In this document: piece after piece, positions 49,112 to 58,518 of the stretch | Position numbering within the stretch: the stretch's first letter is position 1 | Layout: every line of letters starts with the position of its first letter | NCBI GenBank assembly: GCA_964597545.1 | Contig: CAZQXN010000001.1 | Coordinates: 5,655-69,654 of the forward strand | Length of the DNA stretch: 64,000 nucleotides | DNA from: an uncultured Planctomycetia bacterium | GTDB lineage: Bacteria > Omnitrophota > Gorgyraeia > 1-14-0-20-64-10 | Reading direction: 5' to 3' | Position numbers and translations under genes: made by a program | Notes under the pieces: model-generated | The model's database searches: none | Told to the model about the DNA's origin: nothing | What the model saw: only the letters and a program-made list of their open reading frames with translations

Positions 49112-50320
49112 TTATAGCGCGTGAGGGACAGCTAGAGCCAGATTAGGATCCGATGCGCTTTCTGACTGGAATAATTGCGCATCTAATTTCTCCCCTGCCC
49201 CAGCTTGTGCTTCCGGAAGGAGATGTCCATATCTGTCTAGCGTTGTTTGAATAGAGGCGTGGCCAAGCTGGCTCTGGATAAACTTGGCGTGAAACCCTTG
49301 AGCAATAAGAAGGGCAGCATAGGTATGCCTGAGATCATGAAAACGAATCTTCCGAAGCCCGGCGCCGTCCAGAGCTGGCTCAAACTCTCGCCGAATCAGA
49401 TTTCGGTATTGGATAGGGGTTCCTTTGGGGGTACAAAAAACAAGCTCGTGTGGGCTTACGGGACACCGAAGGCGGTGAAGTTCGAGTGCCTCTCTCAACT
49501 TGGGGGACATAACAATGGACCTTTTAGAGCGTTTGGATTTGGGAGAGGTAAACCGCCAAAGCTCGGATCCTTCTTGGCCAAACTCCTCAGCTTCCCGTTT
49601 CCGATACCAGAAAATACTGCGTTGGACATAGATCCGATTGGCGTTCCAGGCAATATCTCCCCACTGTAACGCCTGTAGCTCTCCCACCCGCATCCCAGTA
49701 AGCACCCCTGACAAAAACAGGGTTCTATAAGGTTCATCAGAGTGTCTCAGCAATAAGCGGATCTCGTCGGGCGAAAGATAGGCCATTTCTTTCTGCTCAA
49801 CCCTGGCATGTTTAATATCCTGGGCGGGATTCTCCCGTAGATACCCCCATTGCTTGGCACACTTCAAGATATGCTTCAGAAGAACCAGTGTTTTGTTAAT
49901 TGTTGCAGGAGCGTTTGGCTTTTCTCTGATCGATTTTGCCATGTACGCCTGAATCTGATCCGGAGCGATGTCCACCAGGCGTTGCGAGCCAAAGACGGGA
50001 TCCAAATGCCACCTGACGATGCCTCGGTATGCCCTGTAGGTAAGGGGCTTAACCCGGGCAGAAACGTAGTCCTTGAGCCATCTCCGTGCGAAGTCGTCGA
50101 AGGTGATGTGCCGGATTGACCGGTAGGAGCCGGAATGAACCTGAGCCATGATCTCGGCCAGTCGTCTTTCAGCAGTTTTCTTGCTTCGCCCAACCGCCTC
50201 CCACTTCTGACGTTTACCGACTCGGTAGGTAATGGAGTAGCCAGCCCGCGGGTGCTTGCAAGATCCCGAGGATTTGTTGCCACACTTGCGACACCGCCAG
50301 ATGATACTTCCCTGTGCCAT
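49112..50320 (-). CDS. int: tyrosine-type site-specific integrase
   Basis: C-terminal catalytic R...HDLRHTYA...LGHASIQTTLDRYGHL (R-H-R-Y). N-terminal arm-binding/SAM-like region. Confidence 0.9.
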   Translation of the reverse strand: MAQGSIIWRCRKCGNKSSGSCKHPRAGYSITYRVGKRQKWEAVGRSKKTAERRLAEIMAQVHSGSYRSIRHITFDDFARRWLKDYVSARVKPLTYRAYRGIVRWHLDPVFGSQRLVDIAPDQIQAYMAKSIREKPNAPATINKTLVLLKHILKCAKQWGYLRENPAQDIKHARVEQKEMAYLSPDEIRLLLRHSDEPYRTLFLSGVLTGMRVGELQALQWGDIAWNANRIYVQRSIFWYRKREAEEFGQEGSELWRFTSPKSKRSKRSIVMSPKLREALELHRLRCPVSPHELVFCTPKGTPIQYRNLIRREFEPALDGAGLRKIRFHDLRHTYAALLIAQGFHAKFIQSQLGHASIQTTLDRYGHLLPEAQAGAGEKLDAQLFQSESASDPNLALAVPHAL

Positions 50321-50377
50321 ATCAATGGTCTCCTTGGCAATCAGAGAAAGTATAACATAAATAGTCCCAGTTGGGAC

Positions 50378-50587
50378 TTATTTCTTCTTGGAAGGGCGCC
50401 CTTTCTTTCTGGGGAGAGACAGATACTTCTTCAACGATCCAGCACTGATTAACCAAATATCTCCTGCCTTCCGCCCATCTATCTTTCTCGAAGAAGCTAG
50501 GCGGACAAGATGTCGGCGGGAAATGCGGAAGCGCTGCTCTGCCTCTGGTGCTGTAAGTACCAGGCGAATAGGGGAACGAACGTTCAT
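50378..50587 (-). CDS. small HTH DNA-binding protein (excisionase-like)
   Basis: 69 aa with HTH_17-like ISRRHLVRLASSRKIDGRKAGDIWLI and a basic C-terminal tail. Confidence 0.45.
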   Translation of the reverse strand: MNVRSPIRLVLTAPEAEQRFRISRRHLVRLASSRKIDGRKAGDIWLISAGSLKKYLSLPRKKGRPSKKK

Positions 50588-50592
50588 AGCTG

Positions 50593-50799
50593 TTATGATA
50601 CGTCATCTTCCGCGCAGTTTCCATCAGCCCCGTTCCTACGGAAGAAAGCCAGGACCTCCTGCGGATCGAACCTCACATACTTACCCACTTTGATGAATGG
50701 AATGGCAGACGATCCCAGCCGAGTACGCTGATAAATCCAGGTAGCTGGAACACCTAAAATCCGGGCCAACTCCTTCACATCTATCCATCTTTCCATCAT
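50593..50799 (-). CDS. AlpA/Xis-family phage transcriptional regulator/excisionase
   Basis: IDVKELARILGVPATWIYQRTRLG...FIKVGKYVRFDPQEV is the AlpA/HTH_17 pattern. Confidence 0.6.
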   Translation of the reverse strand: MMERWIDVKELARILGVPATWIYQRTRLGSSAIPFIKVGKYVRFDPQEVLAFFRRNGADGNCAEDDVS

Positions 50800-51401
50800 C
50801 GCCTCGCAGATCTTTTCCGAGTGGCTCCTTCTGGTGAACGGTATGTTCTATCAGGAGCAAGAAGTTGGCTGAGGGTTTGGCTCATGGTTTCTTCTCTCTT
50901 GGCTCTCACTTTGAGATCAGGGTCTTTTATAGTTCGGGAAACGCTCGTTCTCTGTCGGAATTTCTCGGCACCCTTGTGGGGTGGTTTTTCTGACACACAC
51001 CTACTCGCATCCCTTCGCACCCCCTTTTGGAGATATGTGACGGAGTTTTTCCGCAGCATATCGATGGACAGAGCGACCTGATAGTATCGGATGAAACCCC
51101 GATCTGTATTTCTCCACCAGAATTTGACTAGCCCACATTTCGCCAGGAAGGTACATGCTTCGCCGATCGTGTCCCGGCACAATCCCGTTTCGTGTTCGAT
51201 TCTCCTCCTGCCAATTCTGCCGTTTCCTGTCGTCCAGTTGGCATATTTCTGGAGACAGGAAAACACCAGGTAAATGCTGCCCCCTTTCCTCTGCATAAAA
51301 ATGCCAGATTCCCAAACCCAGTAGGGGATGCGAATGGTTCTTTCGTGTGGCTGTTTTCGCAATTTTTCCTCATCTCCCAATGGGGTATTCTTACCGTTCA
51401 A
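50796..51401 (-). CDS. winged-helix protein, possibly replication-initiator-like (hypothetical)
   Basis: wHTH-like segment (GLCRDTIGEACTFLAKCGLVKF). Sits between the xis-like and downstream genes. Confidence 0.35.
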   Translation of the reverse strand: MNGKNTPLGDEEKLRKQPHERTIRIPYWVWESGIFMQRKGGSIYLVFSCLQKYANWTTGNGRIGRRRIEHETGLCRDTIGEACTFLAKCGLVKFWWRNTDRGFIRYYQVALSIDMLRKNSVTYLQKGVRRDASRCVSEKPPHKGAEKFRQRTSVSRTIKDPDLKVRAKREETMSQTLSQLLAPDRTYRSPEGATRKRSARR

Positions 51402-51687
51402 ACACGTAATCCTTGAGGGTTCGGTAGGCGTCCGTCAGCTTTTTGGCTTCAATCCGCCCACCGTTGTAGAACCCCAGGGCAATCTCCCTTGCGCTAAATC
51501 CTTCAAAGATAACTGAGACCTTTCTCCCCTCCCGAACTTTCCCTGTAAGCTTCAGCCCCTTGCATAAGCAGAAAGCCGCCTCATAAAGATTTTGGGTGGT
51601 ATGAACTTCTGGTGGACTTATTTGGGAGTGCACTCTTTGGTCCTCATTTATCTCCCTTCTTCTTAAAAAATAAAAACCCGCAATCAA
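51391..51687 (-). CDS. hypothetical protein
   Basis: 98 aa with no recognisable motifs. Confidence 0.3.
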   Translation of the reverse strand: MIAGFYFLRRREINEDQRVHSQISPPEVHTTQNLYEAAFCLCKGLKLTGKVREGRKVSVIFEGFSAREIALGFYNGGRIEAKKLTDAYRTLKDYVFER

Positions 51688-51771
51688 CAGTTTTTCCGTT
51701 GTGCGGGTTCCACTCTAGTTAAATGTCACCTAGAACTCTAGGTCGAATATGTCAGAACATTTGAATAGGTC

Positions 51772-52464
51772 CTAACTCATTTCTTTAGAAGCTCTTATGT
51801 CGCGCTTGGCTCGCTCAAGATAGCTGTCGTAGTTCAAATACGAAGGGGAAATTTCTGCCTTACTCATCAGCTGCTTACGGATGAAACTGTCTGCGTGACC
51901 CAATTTCCTTAGGATGTAAGCCTGATAGCGGCTAAACTGTGAGTCCATGCGGGGCTTACCTCGCTTAATCTTGTAGGCACGCCGAACTCTTTTGAGATGA
52001 TCCCCGATTATTGCCTGTATCACACCGATTGGCCGGGTTGGATCAATGGCATATACAATTCTCTCGGGCGCTCCCGATAGCTGTTTCCGACGAGCAAGGG
52101 ACATCCTTGGTGACGCGTTGAGTCCATCTTCTTCATATGTGCGAGTCAACTCTGTGTGGATCATCACCGCGTCCGTCCTAAATGCTGCCGTAAGCATCGC
52201 GGTGAAAGCAGAGGATGGCCAAGCAATCTTGGGATCATCCAAGGGATAGAAACCCCAGAGCTGCGTTACATGTTCTCGAAATTCGTCCTTGGGCTGTTCA
52301 GAGGTAAGAATCGTTTCGCCAGGAGGTGGATAAGGAGGTAGAGAGGCTCTGTGTTTACGCATTTTCATGAAGTCTGCCTTATATTCCGGCAACTTTCTGA
52401 CCCAGTTCCATGTTTTTTGGATTTGTTGGGTTATTTCTCTAGAAGTATAAACTTTGACTGCCAC
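51772..52464 (-). CDS. hypothetical protein (230 aa)
   Basis: Long ORF with coding-like composition and no assignable domain. Confidence 0.4.
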   Translation of the reverse strand: MAVKVYTSREITQQIQKTWNWVRKLPEYKADFMKMRKHRASLPPYPPPGETILTSEQPKDEFREHVTQLWGFYPLDDPKIAWPSSAFTAMLTAAFRTDAVMIHTELTRTYEEDGLNASPRMSLARRKQLSGAPERIVYAIDPTRPIGVIQAIIGDHLKRVRRAYKIKRGKPRMDSQFSRYQAYILRKLGHADSFIRKQLMSKAEISPSYLNYDSYLERAKRDIRASKEMS

Positions 52465-52497
52465 AATCTCTCCTCATCTGGTGAAACAAGCGTGGAA

Positions 52498-52785
52498 TTA
52501 CTGTGTACCCGAGTAGCGCAAACCGTTGCCCACCGCCCCTATCGCATTCTCATCAGAGGCCGAACCCGCTACAAGCTCCTCCAACGTAAGACCACTGCTG
52601 TGCTGCAGCTTCGCCGGCATCATTTTCTTGACGATTTCGAGTGCTACACGGACTCTGGCCGCTTCGCTCACACGTTGGTTGCTCAAGTAGCCTAGGACGA
52701 TAGGAACGGCCCGGTCCCAGAGCTTTTTACTGTCCCGTTCTTTATCCCATGACTTGCGCCCTGATCGGCCTTTGATTCCAGCCAT
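52498..52785 (-). CDS. hypothetical protein (95 aa)
   Basis: ORF with basic N-terminus. Confidence 0.3.
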   Translation of the reverse strand: MAGIKGRSGRKSWDKERDSKKLWDRAVPIVLGYLSNQRVSEAARVRVALEIVKKMMPAKLQHSSGLTLEELVAGSASDENAIGAVGNGLRYSGTQ

Positions 52786-53071
52786 ATTAAAATCCCCTAA
52801 CCACTATTGTATCGTGAAGTTACGCCGAATGCCCAGACTTATGTCTACTTCTTGTATAGCGCGCTGGGCTGCCGTTGGGGGAATTGTGGCCAGCTTGGGA
52901 AGGCCGCGGGCAAGAAGAAAACGCGGGATGGCCCTAGGGATCTGCGCTTAGGGGACCCATGAATGGAAAGCTCCTAGGAGAATTAAGGCAGGCGCGACAA
53001 CCGAAGGGGGCGAAAAAGTCCGCCCGGAGGAAATAGCGAGTGAGGGGAAGGTGGTGATCGCTTAATGCGAT

Positions 53072-53377
53072 CTATTCGATCTTTTCGTCGTCTGGGTGCG
53101 GACCGTCTATCAAAAGGTCATTTAGCTTTTCTCCGCCATATTTGCGAACCCACTTGTGCCACTGCAGACTTGCCCTTTTATGTCCCTTCGAGAGACCAAC
53201 AAACCACGCGGCGAGCCCAGCCGCGATCATTCCAAGAAACTTGTCGCTGGCTCCGTCCCCTGCCAATTCGAGACAAACACCGAATCCGATCACTGCGAGA
53301 ATAACCAACCCCCATTTGAAGATCGTGACCCACTCACGGGTTTTTTCTTCTATTTCGCTGGATCGGTGCTTTCCCAT
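53072..53377 (-). CDS. small membrane protein (hypothetical)
   Basis: Two predicted TM helices. Confidence 0.35.
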   Translation of the reverse strand: MGKHRSSEIEEKTREWVTIFKWGLVILAVIGFGVCLELAGDGASDKFLGMIAAGLAAWFVGLSKGHKRASLQWHKWVRKYGGEKLNDLLIDGPHPDDEKIE

Positions 53378-53625
53378 CTTCCGAACGAAACCACCTTTCC
53401 GTCTTTCAGTTCAACGTAGTAGGGGGTCGAAAAACTCCCGCCTTCATAGAGATCGTAATTCATGTATTCCGTCTCATCTTGCAGACCCCTCCCGGCCGGC
53501 GGACCGAGGATCTCAACCGCCTGCGTTCTCGTCATCCCGATTTCAAGCTGATGTGTCAAGCGGGCAGACCTAGCGCACCCAACAATGAAGATTGCGACAG
53601 CCAATATGTAAGCAACTCTGCCCAT
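53350..53625 (-). CDS. putative lipoprotein (hypothetical)
   Basis: Start at MGRVAYILAVAIFIVGCA, a signal peptide with a lipobox-like VGC. Confidence 0.4.
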   Translation of the reverse strand: MGRVAYILAVAIFIVGCARSARLTHQLEIGMTRTQAVEILGPPAGRGLQDETEYMNYDLYEGGSFSTPYYVELKDGKVVSFGRWESTDPAK

Positions 53626-53727
53626 TTTCTCTTCTCTGCCTGTGCACCCCGCATAGCCACCCCACGCTAGCCCTGCATCTGGGGACATATATTAACACGG
53701 TGTCGTGGTACCGTGGTGCCTTAAACC

Positions 53728-53967
53728 GTGCTCCTCGAGAATGGGGGTATGGCTATTCCGCGGATACGGTTGCAGTTTGCGCAGAAGCTCCGACGACTGC
53801 GTGCGAAACGAGGACTGACGCAGGAAGCGATGGCGGAGAAGGCAGGGATGGATCCTCGGTATTACCAGAGACTTGAATCAAAAAAGCCCGGTGCCGTCAA
53901 GATCGATACGATCGGCAGGATCGCGGCGGCCCTCAATACGGCACCCTCCGAACTGCTTAAGTTTTAG
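53728..53967 (+). CDS. XRE-family helix-turn-helix transcriptional regulator
   Basis: LRRLRAKRGLTQEAMAEKAGMDPRYYQRLE is the canonical HTH_XRE motif. Confidence 0.7.
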   Translation: MLLENGGMAIPRIRLQFAQKLRRLRAKRGLTQEAMAEKAGMDPRYYQRLESKKPGAVKIDTIGRIAAALNTAPSELLKF

Positions 53968-54058
53968 TCGGCGCGACCCTCTTGTTCAACTCAAAACAAA
54001 GGCGGAGAGCTGTCGGCTCCCCACCTTGGAGATTCAACGTGTTTTTCGTGGTCTTCAC

Positions 54059-55690
54059 CTAAAGCTTAGCATCAGGTGGAGGTTCCAATCGAGGCAATGC
54101 TTGCCTGATCACTTCTTCGCCAACTACCTTGACGCATTCATCCCGCCCCAGGAGGTCAAGAAGCCGTTGAATCGCCCAGTCCCGCAGTTCCTGATTATCC
54201 CCTTCCAGATGCGTGCGGAAACCGTTTACATCATCCTCGATTTCTCTTAGGACCTCTTTGCGAACAACCTCACGGTACTTCTCTGCCAACCGCGTCAACC
54301 ATGCTCGTGCGCGCGGAGGCGTCGAAGGATCGTTGACAACTTGGAGGATGTCTTGTCGGCATCTTCCGAGGTGTACTGAATGCTCTCCTTTAATCATTGA
54401 CCCGACGTGCTCAATCCCCGAACTCAGATATGCTAGGACATCTTCGTTCTCCGGATAACGCTCAAGGAGATGTACAGCGATGGGCCAAAATCCGGGTCGC
54501 GCTGCAGTCAAACTCCTAGAGATAATCTCTGCCATTTTCTCGTCTTGATCAGAAAATTCCATCAAGAGTCCACCATCCTCGACCTGATCTAGAATCTCTT
54601 GGAGATCCCAGCTGAGCCGAAAGCTCAGCGCATCAGTATCGAGACAAAGTCGGAATAACATGGTCAGAGCTTTTCGGCGATCTGCCCGAATTAATGCTTC
54701 CCAGGCGCTCCGTTGCTGAAACTGGTCGACAGGATTCCAGCACTCCTCCTTGTGGTCGGTTCTGAGGAGATCTTCTGTCAATTTAAGCCCCCTGACTGGA
54801 TCTTGCGCAAAGAGCTTCGCCGCAAGCTCATCATAATGCCAAGCATCTCCGTGCCTAGCAATGGGACGCTTGGCTTCCAGGGCCCTCCAGCAGAGCTCCG
54901 CCAGACCACCCGTCAAAGATCGTCCCAAGTGCCTCCACATTCCAACCATGTCAATGGCTGCCGCCACACCGCTGAAATCTGGACGTGCTATCGCTGTTAC
55001 CAAAACACAAAATTCTTCATCGCTCAAGGGTTCCATCCACCGACCACCCATCAGAGCTCCCCTGACATGATCCGGTGTGACTTGCCCTGCATCCAGTAAT
55101 TCCGTGGCACGCTCAACAGATCGCCGATCTGCAGGAAGGTAGCTAGTTGCCCATAGCACCGCGTAAGGATGAAGCACCCCCTGACCATAGAGCGAATCGA
55201 TCAAATCGACGATCTTCGGATCGTGTATTTTCTGCCCTGAGCAATAACTGGCGAATGCGTAGGCCCCCGTATCTGTGCGTCCAAGTTCCTGCATTTTGGC
55301 CAACCACTTCTTCCCAGTATCATGTTGTCCAAGTTGGGAAAAAAATTCCATCGCCTTCTGGGCTTCTGGACCGCACAGCCACTCAATGGTCCCCTTATCC
55401 AACTTCGCAGGATTAGCTACGGCCTCCTGGGCCAATTGACCCAATTCTTGCTGGTAGCGGTATCGCCTGCCCCTCCCCGGCTCCTCGCCATCATCCTCAA
55501 GCAGCCATTGCCCAGCCCATCGCCTAACTCGGGTCGAAAATGAGCTCTCTCCCAACAGCTGTATCAGTTGATTCAAATCCGCTACGTATTTTTCAAGTTT
55601 TTGACGGTTCACTCTCTCGCACCCCTTCCTTGAATAACCGATCGCGGAATACATCACGAGCAAGACGGATCGCTCGCGTAACCTCAGCAA
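54059..55690 (-). CDS. hypothetical alpha-helical (HEAT/ARM-like?) protein, partner of the upstream STAND NTPase
   Basis: 543 aa with no known catalytic motifs. Same strand, and overlaps the 3' end of the 909-aa gene. A GTG at 55610-55612 would leave only a 20-bp overlap. Confidence 0.5.
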   Translation of the reverse strand: MLRLRERSVLLVMYSAIGYSRKGCERVNRQKLEKYVADLNQLIQLLGESSFSTRVRRWAGQWLLEDDGEEPGRGRRYRYQQELGQLAQEAVANPAKLDKGTIEWLCGPEAQKAMEFFSQLGQHDTGKKWLAKMQELGRTDTGAYAFASYCSGQKIHDPKIVDLIDSLYGQGVLHPYAVLWATSYLPADRRSVERATELLDAGQVTPDHVRGALMGGRWMEPLSDEEFCVLVTAIARPDFSGVAAAIDMVGMWRHLGRSLTGGLAELCWRALEAKRPIARHGDAWHYDELAAKLFAQDPVRGLKLTEDLLRTDHKEECWNPVDQFQQRSAWEALIRADRRKALTMLFRLCLDTDALSFRLSWDLQEILDQVEDGGLLMEFSDQDEKMAEIISRSLTAARPGFWPIAVHLLERYPENEDVLAYLSSGIEHVGSMIKGEHSVHLGRCRQDILQVVNDPSTPPRARAWLTRLAEKYREVVRKEVLREIEDDVNGFRTHLEGDNQELRDWAIQRLLDLLGRDECVKVVGEEVIRQALPRLEPPPDAKL

Positions 55691-58322
55691 CCTCGAATCG
55701 CCCAGGACATTCCGTCACCTCCCGAACAAGCGCTCGGAGGAGTTCGATCCCCTCATCGGGACGGGCTTGAATCGTATACTCAGCAAGCACCATGGGCAGC
55801 TCATGGCGAGCCTTCTTGCTCACCTGGACATCCTCATCGTTTGACAAATTTAGCATGAGCCTAACCACACCATCCAGATAACGCCACATGTCTCCCCAGG
55901 TCATCGAGGGGCAAGTGTCCAAAGGTTCATATGATTCACTTCGCCTAAGGAAATATGAACCCATCCGATCAAACGCCCCGCTAGCTGCCTTGACCACTAA
56001 AAAACGCTGCATCAGCGGATACGATGGCTTACAAAGCTCCTGCAAGATAGCCAGTCGGTCATCGAGCAACAACGGCACCTGCGGATGTAGCGGATGGAAA
56101 GCTGGACAGAAGAGGCTGTTCGTACTGCTCAACCTGGTATTTTCATCGGGCTGCGCGAAAATACAAGAGAGACGTAGCGCTTCTGCCGAAGTTCGCCTCC
56201 TGAGAAGCAGTTGGTTGATAATCGAGACAAACTCCTGTCGAGGGCCATCTTCTATCTTTTCAACTTGGTCTGTCGAAAGCGGCTCTACGTGTTGCTTCAA
56301 AACGGCGAGGACCCGCTCTGGAACAGCACCTGCGATCAGGCGAAGTACCCGTACACTCCTCAAAAGCGCAGGCAGACTACTAAACAAACCGCGGCTACCA
56401 AACAATTCGTCCCAGAACGGCCCAATCTCCTCACTTTTCAACGTATTGAGGCGGCGCAGGAGCCGCGTTTGAGCAGGCGATTGGAGCCGCACAAAGAGTG
56501 CCAGTAGCGCTTCGGGTTTTTGACAAAACAGCCGCGTGCATAGGCGAGATGCCAAGATGGGCAGTGATACCTCTACAAAAACGCCATTAACCTTCAGGAA
56601 CCCAGCTTGTTGAAGTTTACCAACCGAATCCAAGACTTGGCCCACATCCAGATCGGGCGCAAAGAACTCACGGATGATTTTAGTTTCAGCCACAAACGAC
56701 CCTGCCACACCCACTTGGGACAGTGCCGAAAAGAGCTGTAGAACACGCAAGCGCTGTTCACCCAACTGCTTTCGGACTTGACCTTCGAATCGAACACCTA
56801 CCTTTTCGACAAGTCCACCTACCTCCCGTGTAGTAATATCCGTCTCAGCGGCAGCAAGAAGAACGCTGGGGTTTCCTCCTGCTTGCTCAACAATCCACGT
56901 CATCAACCCATAGTCAAATCGTTTGCCCGCTGCCTTCAGGAATTCCTCAGACTGCTGGAGACTCAGAGGCTCTAGCTTATGGACAAAGATGCGTTGATCG
57001 GTTCCGAACGCGGGGAGGAGTGCGTCTGAAGCCGTGGGGAGCGTGATAATGACCTTCACGTGTGACCGCGACAGAGCTTCATCAATGAACGGCCTGACGT
57101 CCTCCTCCGCTGAATCTTCAACCACAACTATGACATAAGGGCCATCTCCCTCAAATTTTTCAAGATTCCCAGGTCTAACAGACTGAGGATCATCAACAAC
57201 AATCGTTCTCAAGAGTTGGCTCCTGGTTGCTTCAAGGACGATCCGAGATTTACCGATTCCTGGAGACCCAGCAAGAACGATGGCTTTCACGGAGGAATTT
57301 TCGATAGCCCCCTTCAATTTCGCCAAGTCCCCCTCTCGCCCTATAAGAGGGATCGTTTGCCATGGTTTGGCCCTCTCGTGCTTCTCGGCAAATCGATGCC
57401 ATGAAAGACACTTTGATAAGGAGAAGAACGAGGAGCGCAAGTACGGAATGCTGTTAAGCATCGGTGCCAACTCAGCCGAACCGATCACGGCAACTTTCAC
57501 TTTCACGCTTTCAGGCTCCCCATACCCTTCCCTCACAGCTTCTTCAAGCCGTTTCTTATTCTTCGAATCGACATTGAAGTTAACGAAGAGGACATAGTTC
57601 TGAGGTTGAACACCTGTACGCTGTTGAATCTGCACCAAGGCCTTGCGGACCTTACTGCGAACGTCATTTATGACGTCACTCGGCTTTCGGCTGGAACAGT
57701 TTCGCACCTTGTACTGAAAAACGTTCAGGCCCTCTGTCAGCAGAAGCGTACTTGGCACCGCTCCATGTTCGATGTTGCGCTCCCAGGAAGCATCGATTCC
57801 GTCATCCGAAGCATTCACGTTCTCTGTAAAGTCGGGAGGAAAATTGGCCTGGCTACGAGCAGAAGCCCACGCCAGGGAGTTACACAATCGAGCAAAGTGT
57901 CTGGCAGACCATCTGCTGGTTTGGGACTGAATGTGGTCTCCGGAAATTGCGTCCCCTAGGGCAAGGTCCCTGATGATCAACCCGGTGGCTAGGTCGCTGT
58001 GCTTCCAATAAAGCGGCTTGGATACATGATAAAGAGGATGGCTGACATCCAAGGCATACTGCTTCTCTAAACCCTGCACAGATGAGACGACGAGACCATC
58101 GTCCTCCAGCTCGACAAGGGTCCTGGAAAGGTTGCCTGGATCGATCCCTAGCGCCCTTGCAAGACCACGAACAGAGCATTTCTGAGACGGGGTTGTGTGA
58201 AGATACTCCAGAGCGCGAGCACTCAGCCCTTTGACTGCTGGGTGTATCAGCTTTTTTCTATGTTGTCTTCTAGGCATCGGCATGTTGTATATTTTACAAC
58301 ACATTGCTAGTCTGTCAAGCAA
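55593..58322 (-). CDS. wHTH + PD-(D/E)xK/Mrr-like nuclease + STAND/AAA P-loop NTPase + C-terminal helical repeats (Avs-like candidate antiviral protein)
   Basis: Winged helix GLARALGIDPGNLSRTLVELEDDGLVV. Nuclease-like DDGIDA...FQYK. Walker A LAGSPGIGKS and Walker B YVIVVVEDSAEE. About 450 aa of C-terminal helical repeats. Start is ambiguous (TTG or ATG at M7/M14/M16). Confidence 0.65.
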   Translation of the reverse strand: MLDRLAMCCKIYNMPMPRRQHRKKLIHPAVKGLSARALEYLHTTPSQKCSVRGLARALGIDPGNLSRTLVELEDDGLVVSSVQGLEKQYALDVSHPLYHVSKPLYWKHSDLATGLIIRDLALGDAISGDHIQSQTSRWSARHFARLCNSLAWASARSQANFPPDFTENVNASDDGIDASWERNIEHGAVPSTLLLTEGLNVFQYKVRNCSSRKPSDVINDVRSKVRKALVQIQQRTGVQPQNYVLFVNFNVDSKNKKRLEEAVREGYGEPESVKVKVAVIGSAELAPMLNSIPYLRSSFFSLSKCLSWHRFAEKHERAKPWQTIPLIGREGDLAKLKGAIENSSVKAIVLAGSPGIGKSRIVLEATRSQLLRTIVVDDPQSVRPGNLEKFEGDGPYVIVVVEDSAEEDVRPFIDEALSRSHVKVIITLPTASDALLPAFGTDQRIFVHKLEPLSLQQSEEFLKAAGKRFDYGLMTWIVEQAGGNPSVLLAAAETDITTREVGGLVEKVGVRFEGQVRKQLGEQRLRVLQLFSALSQVGVAGSFVAETKIIREFFAPDLDVGQVLDSVGKLQQAGFLKVNGVFVEVSLPILASRLCTRLFCQKPEALLALFVRLQSPAQTRLLRRLNTLKSEEIGPFWDELFGSRGLFSSLPALLRSVRVLRLIAGAVPERVLAVLKQHVEPLSTDQVEKIEDGPRQEFVSIINQLLLRRRTSAEALRLSCIFAQPDENTRLSSTNSLFCPAFHPLHPQVPLLLDDRLAILQELCKPSYPLMQRFLVVKAASGAFDRMGSYFLRRSESYEPLDTCPSMTWGDMWRYLDGVVRLMLNLSNDEDVQVSKKARHELPMVLAEYTIQARPDEGIELLRALVREVTECPGRFEVAEVTRAIRLARDVFRDRLFKEGVRESEPSKT
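58283..58301. promoter_or_regulatory. inverted repeat TGTTGTA-tattt-TACAACA overlapping the start region of the 909-aa gene
   Basis: Perfect 7-bp arms. Candidate (auto)operator. Confidence 0.3.
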
Positions 58323-58397
58323 AAAAGTTAAAAATTTTTGTAGCGGCTGGAATATCCTAAGGGGGCAATTTTACGTCGTTCAGCGCGGGTCGGGGTG

Positions 58398-58422
58398 GGT
58401 TTTGTTAGCACCATGTTAGCAC
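58398..58422. repeat. GGGTTTTGTTAGCACCATGTTAGCAC motif copy 3, ~100 bp inside the right element end
   Basis: Same tandem TGTTAGCAC arrangement and same orientation as copy 2. Confidence 0.6.
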
Positions 58423-58518
58423 GACACCAAAAAGGCCCCGAGGCATCAGCCAAGGGACCTTCACAACCTGTTGCAATACTTCAAGAAAGAATGACGCCGC
58501 TACTCAAAAATCCCTCGC

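Larger units (their letters stand above)
47932..58518. mobile_element. ~10.6 kb integrative element inserted in a tRNA-Thr(CGU) gene
   Basis: Bounded by 18-bp direct repeats inside split tRNA halves. Carries a tyrosine integrase, Xis/AlpA and XRE regulators and its own tRNA-Thr. GC content is lower and patchy. Confidence 0.75.
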
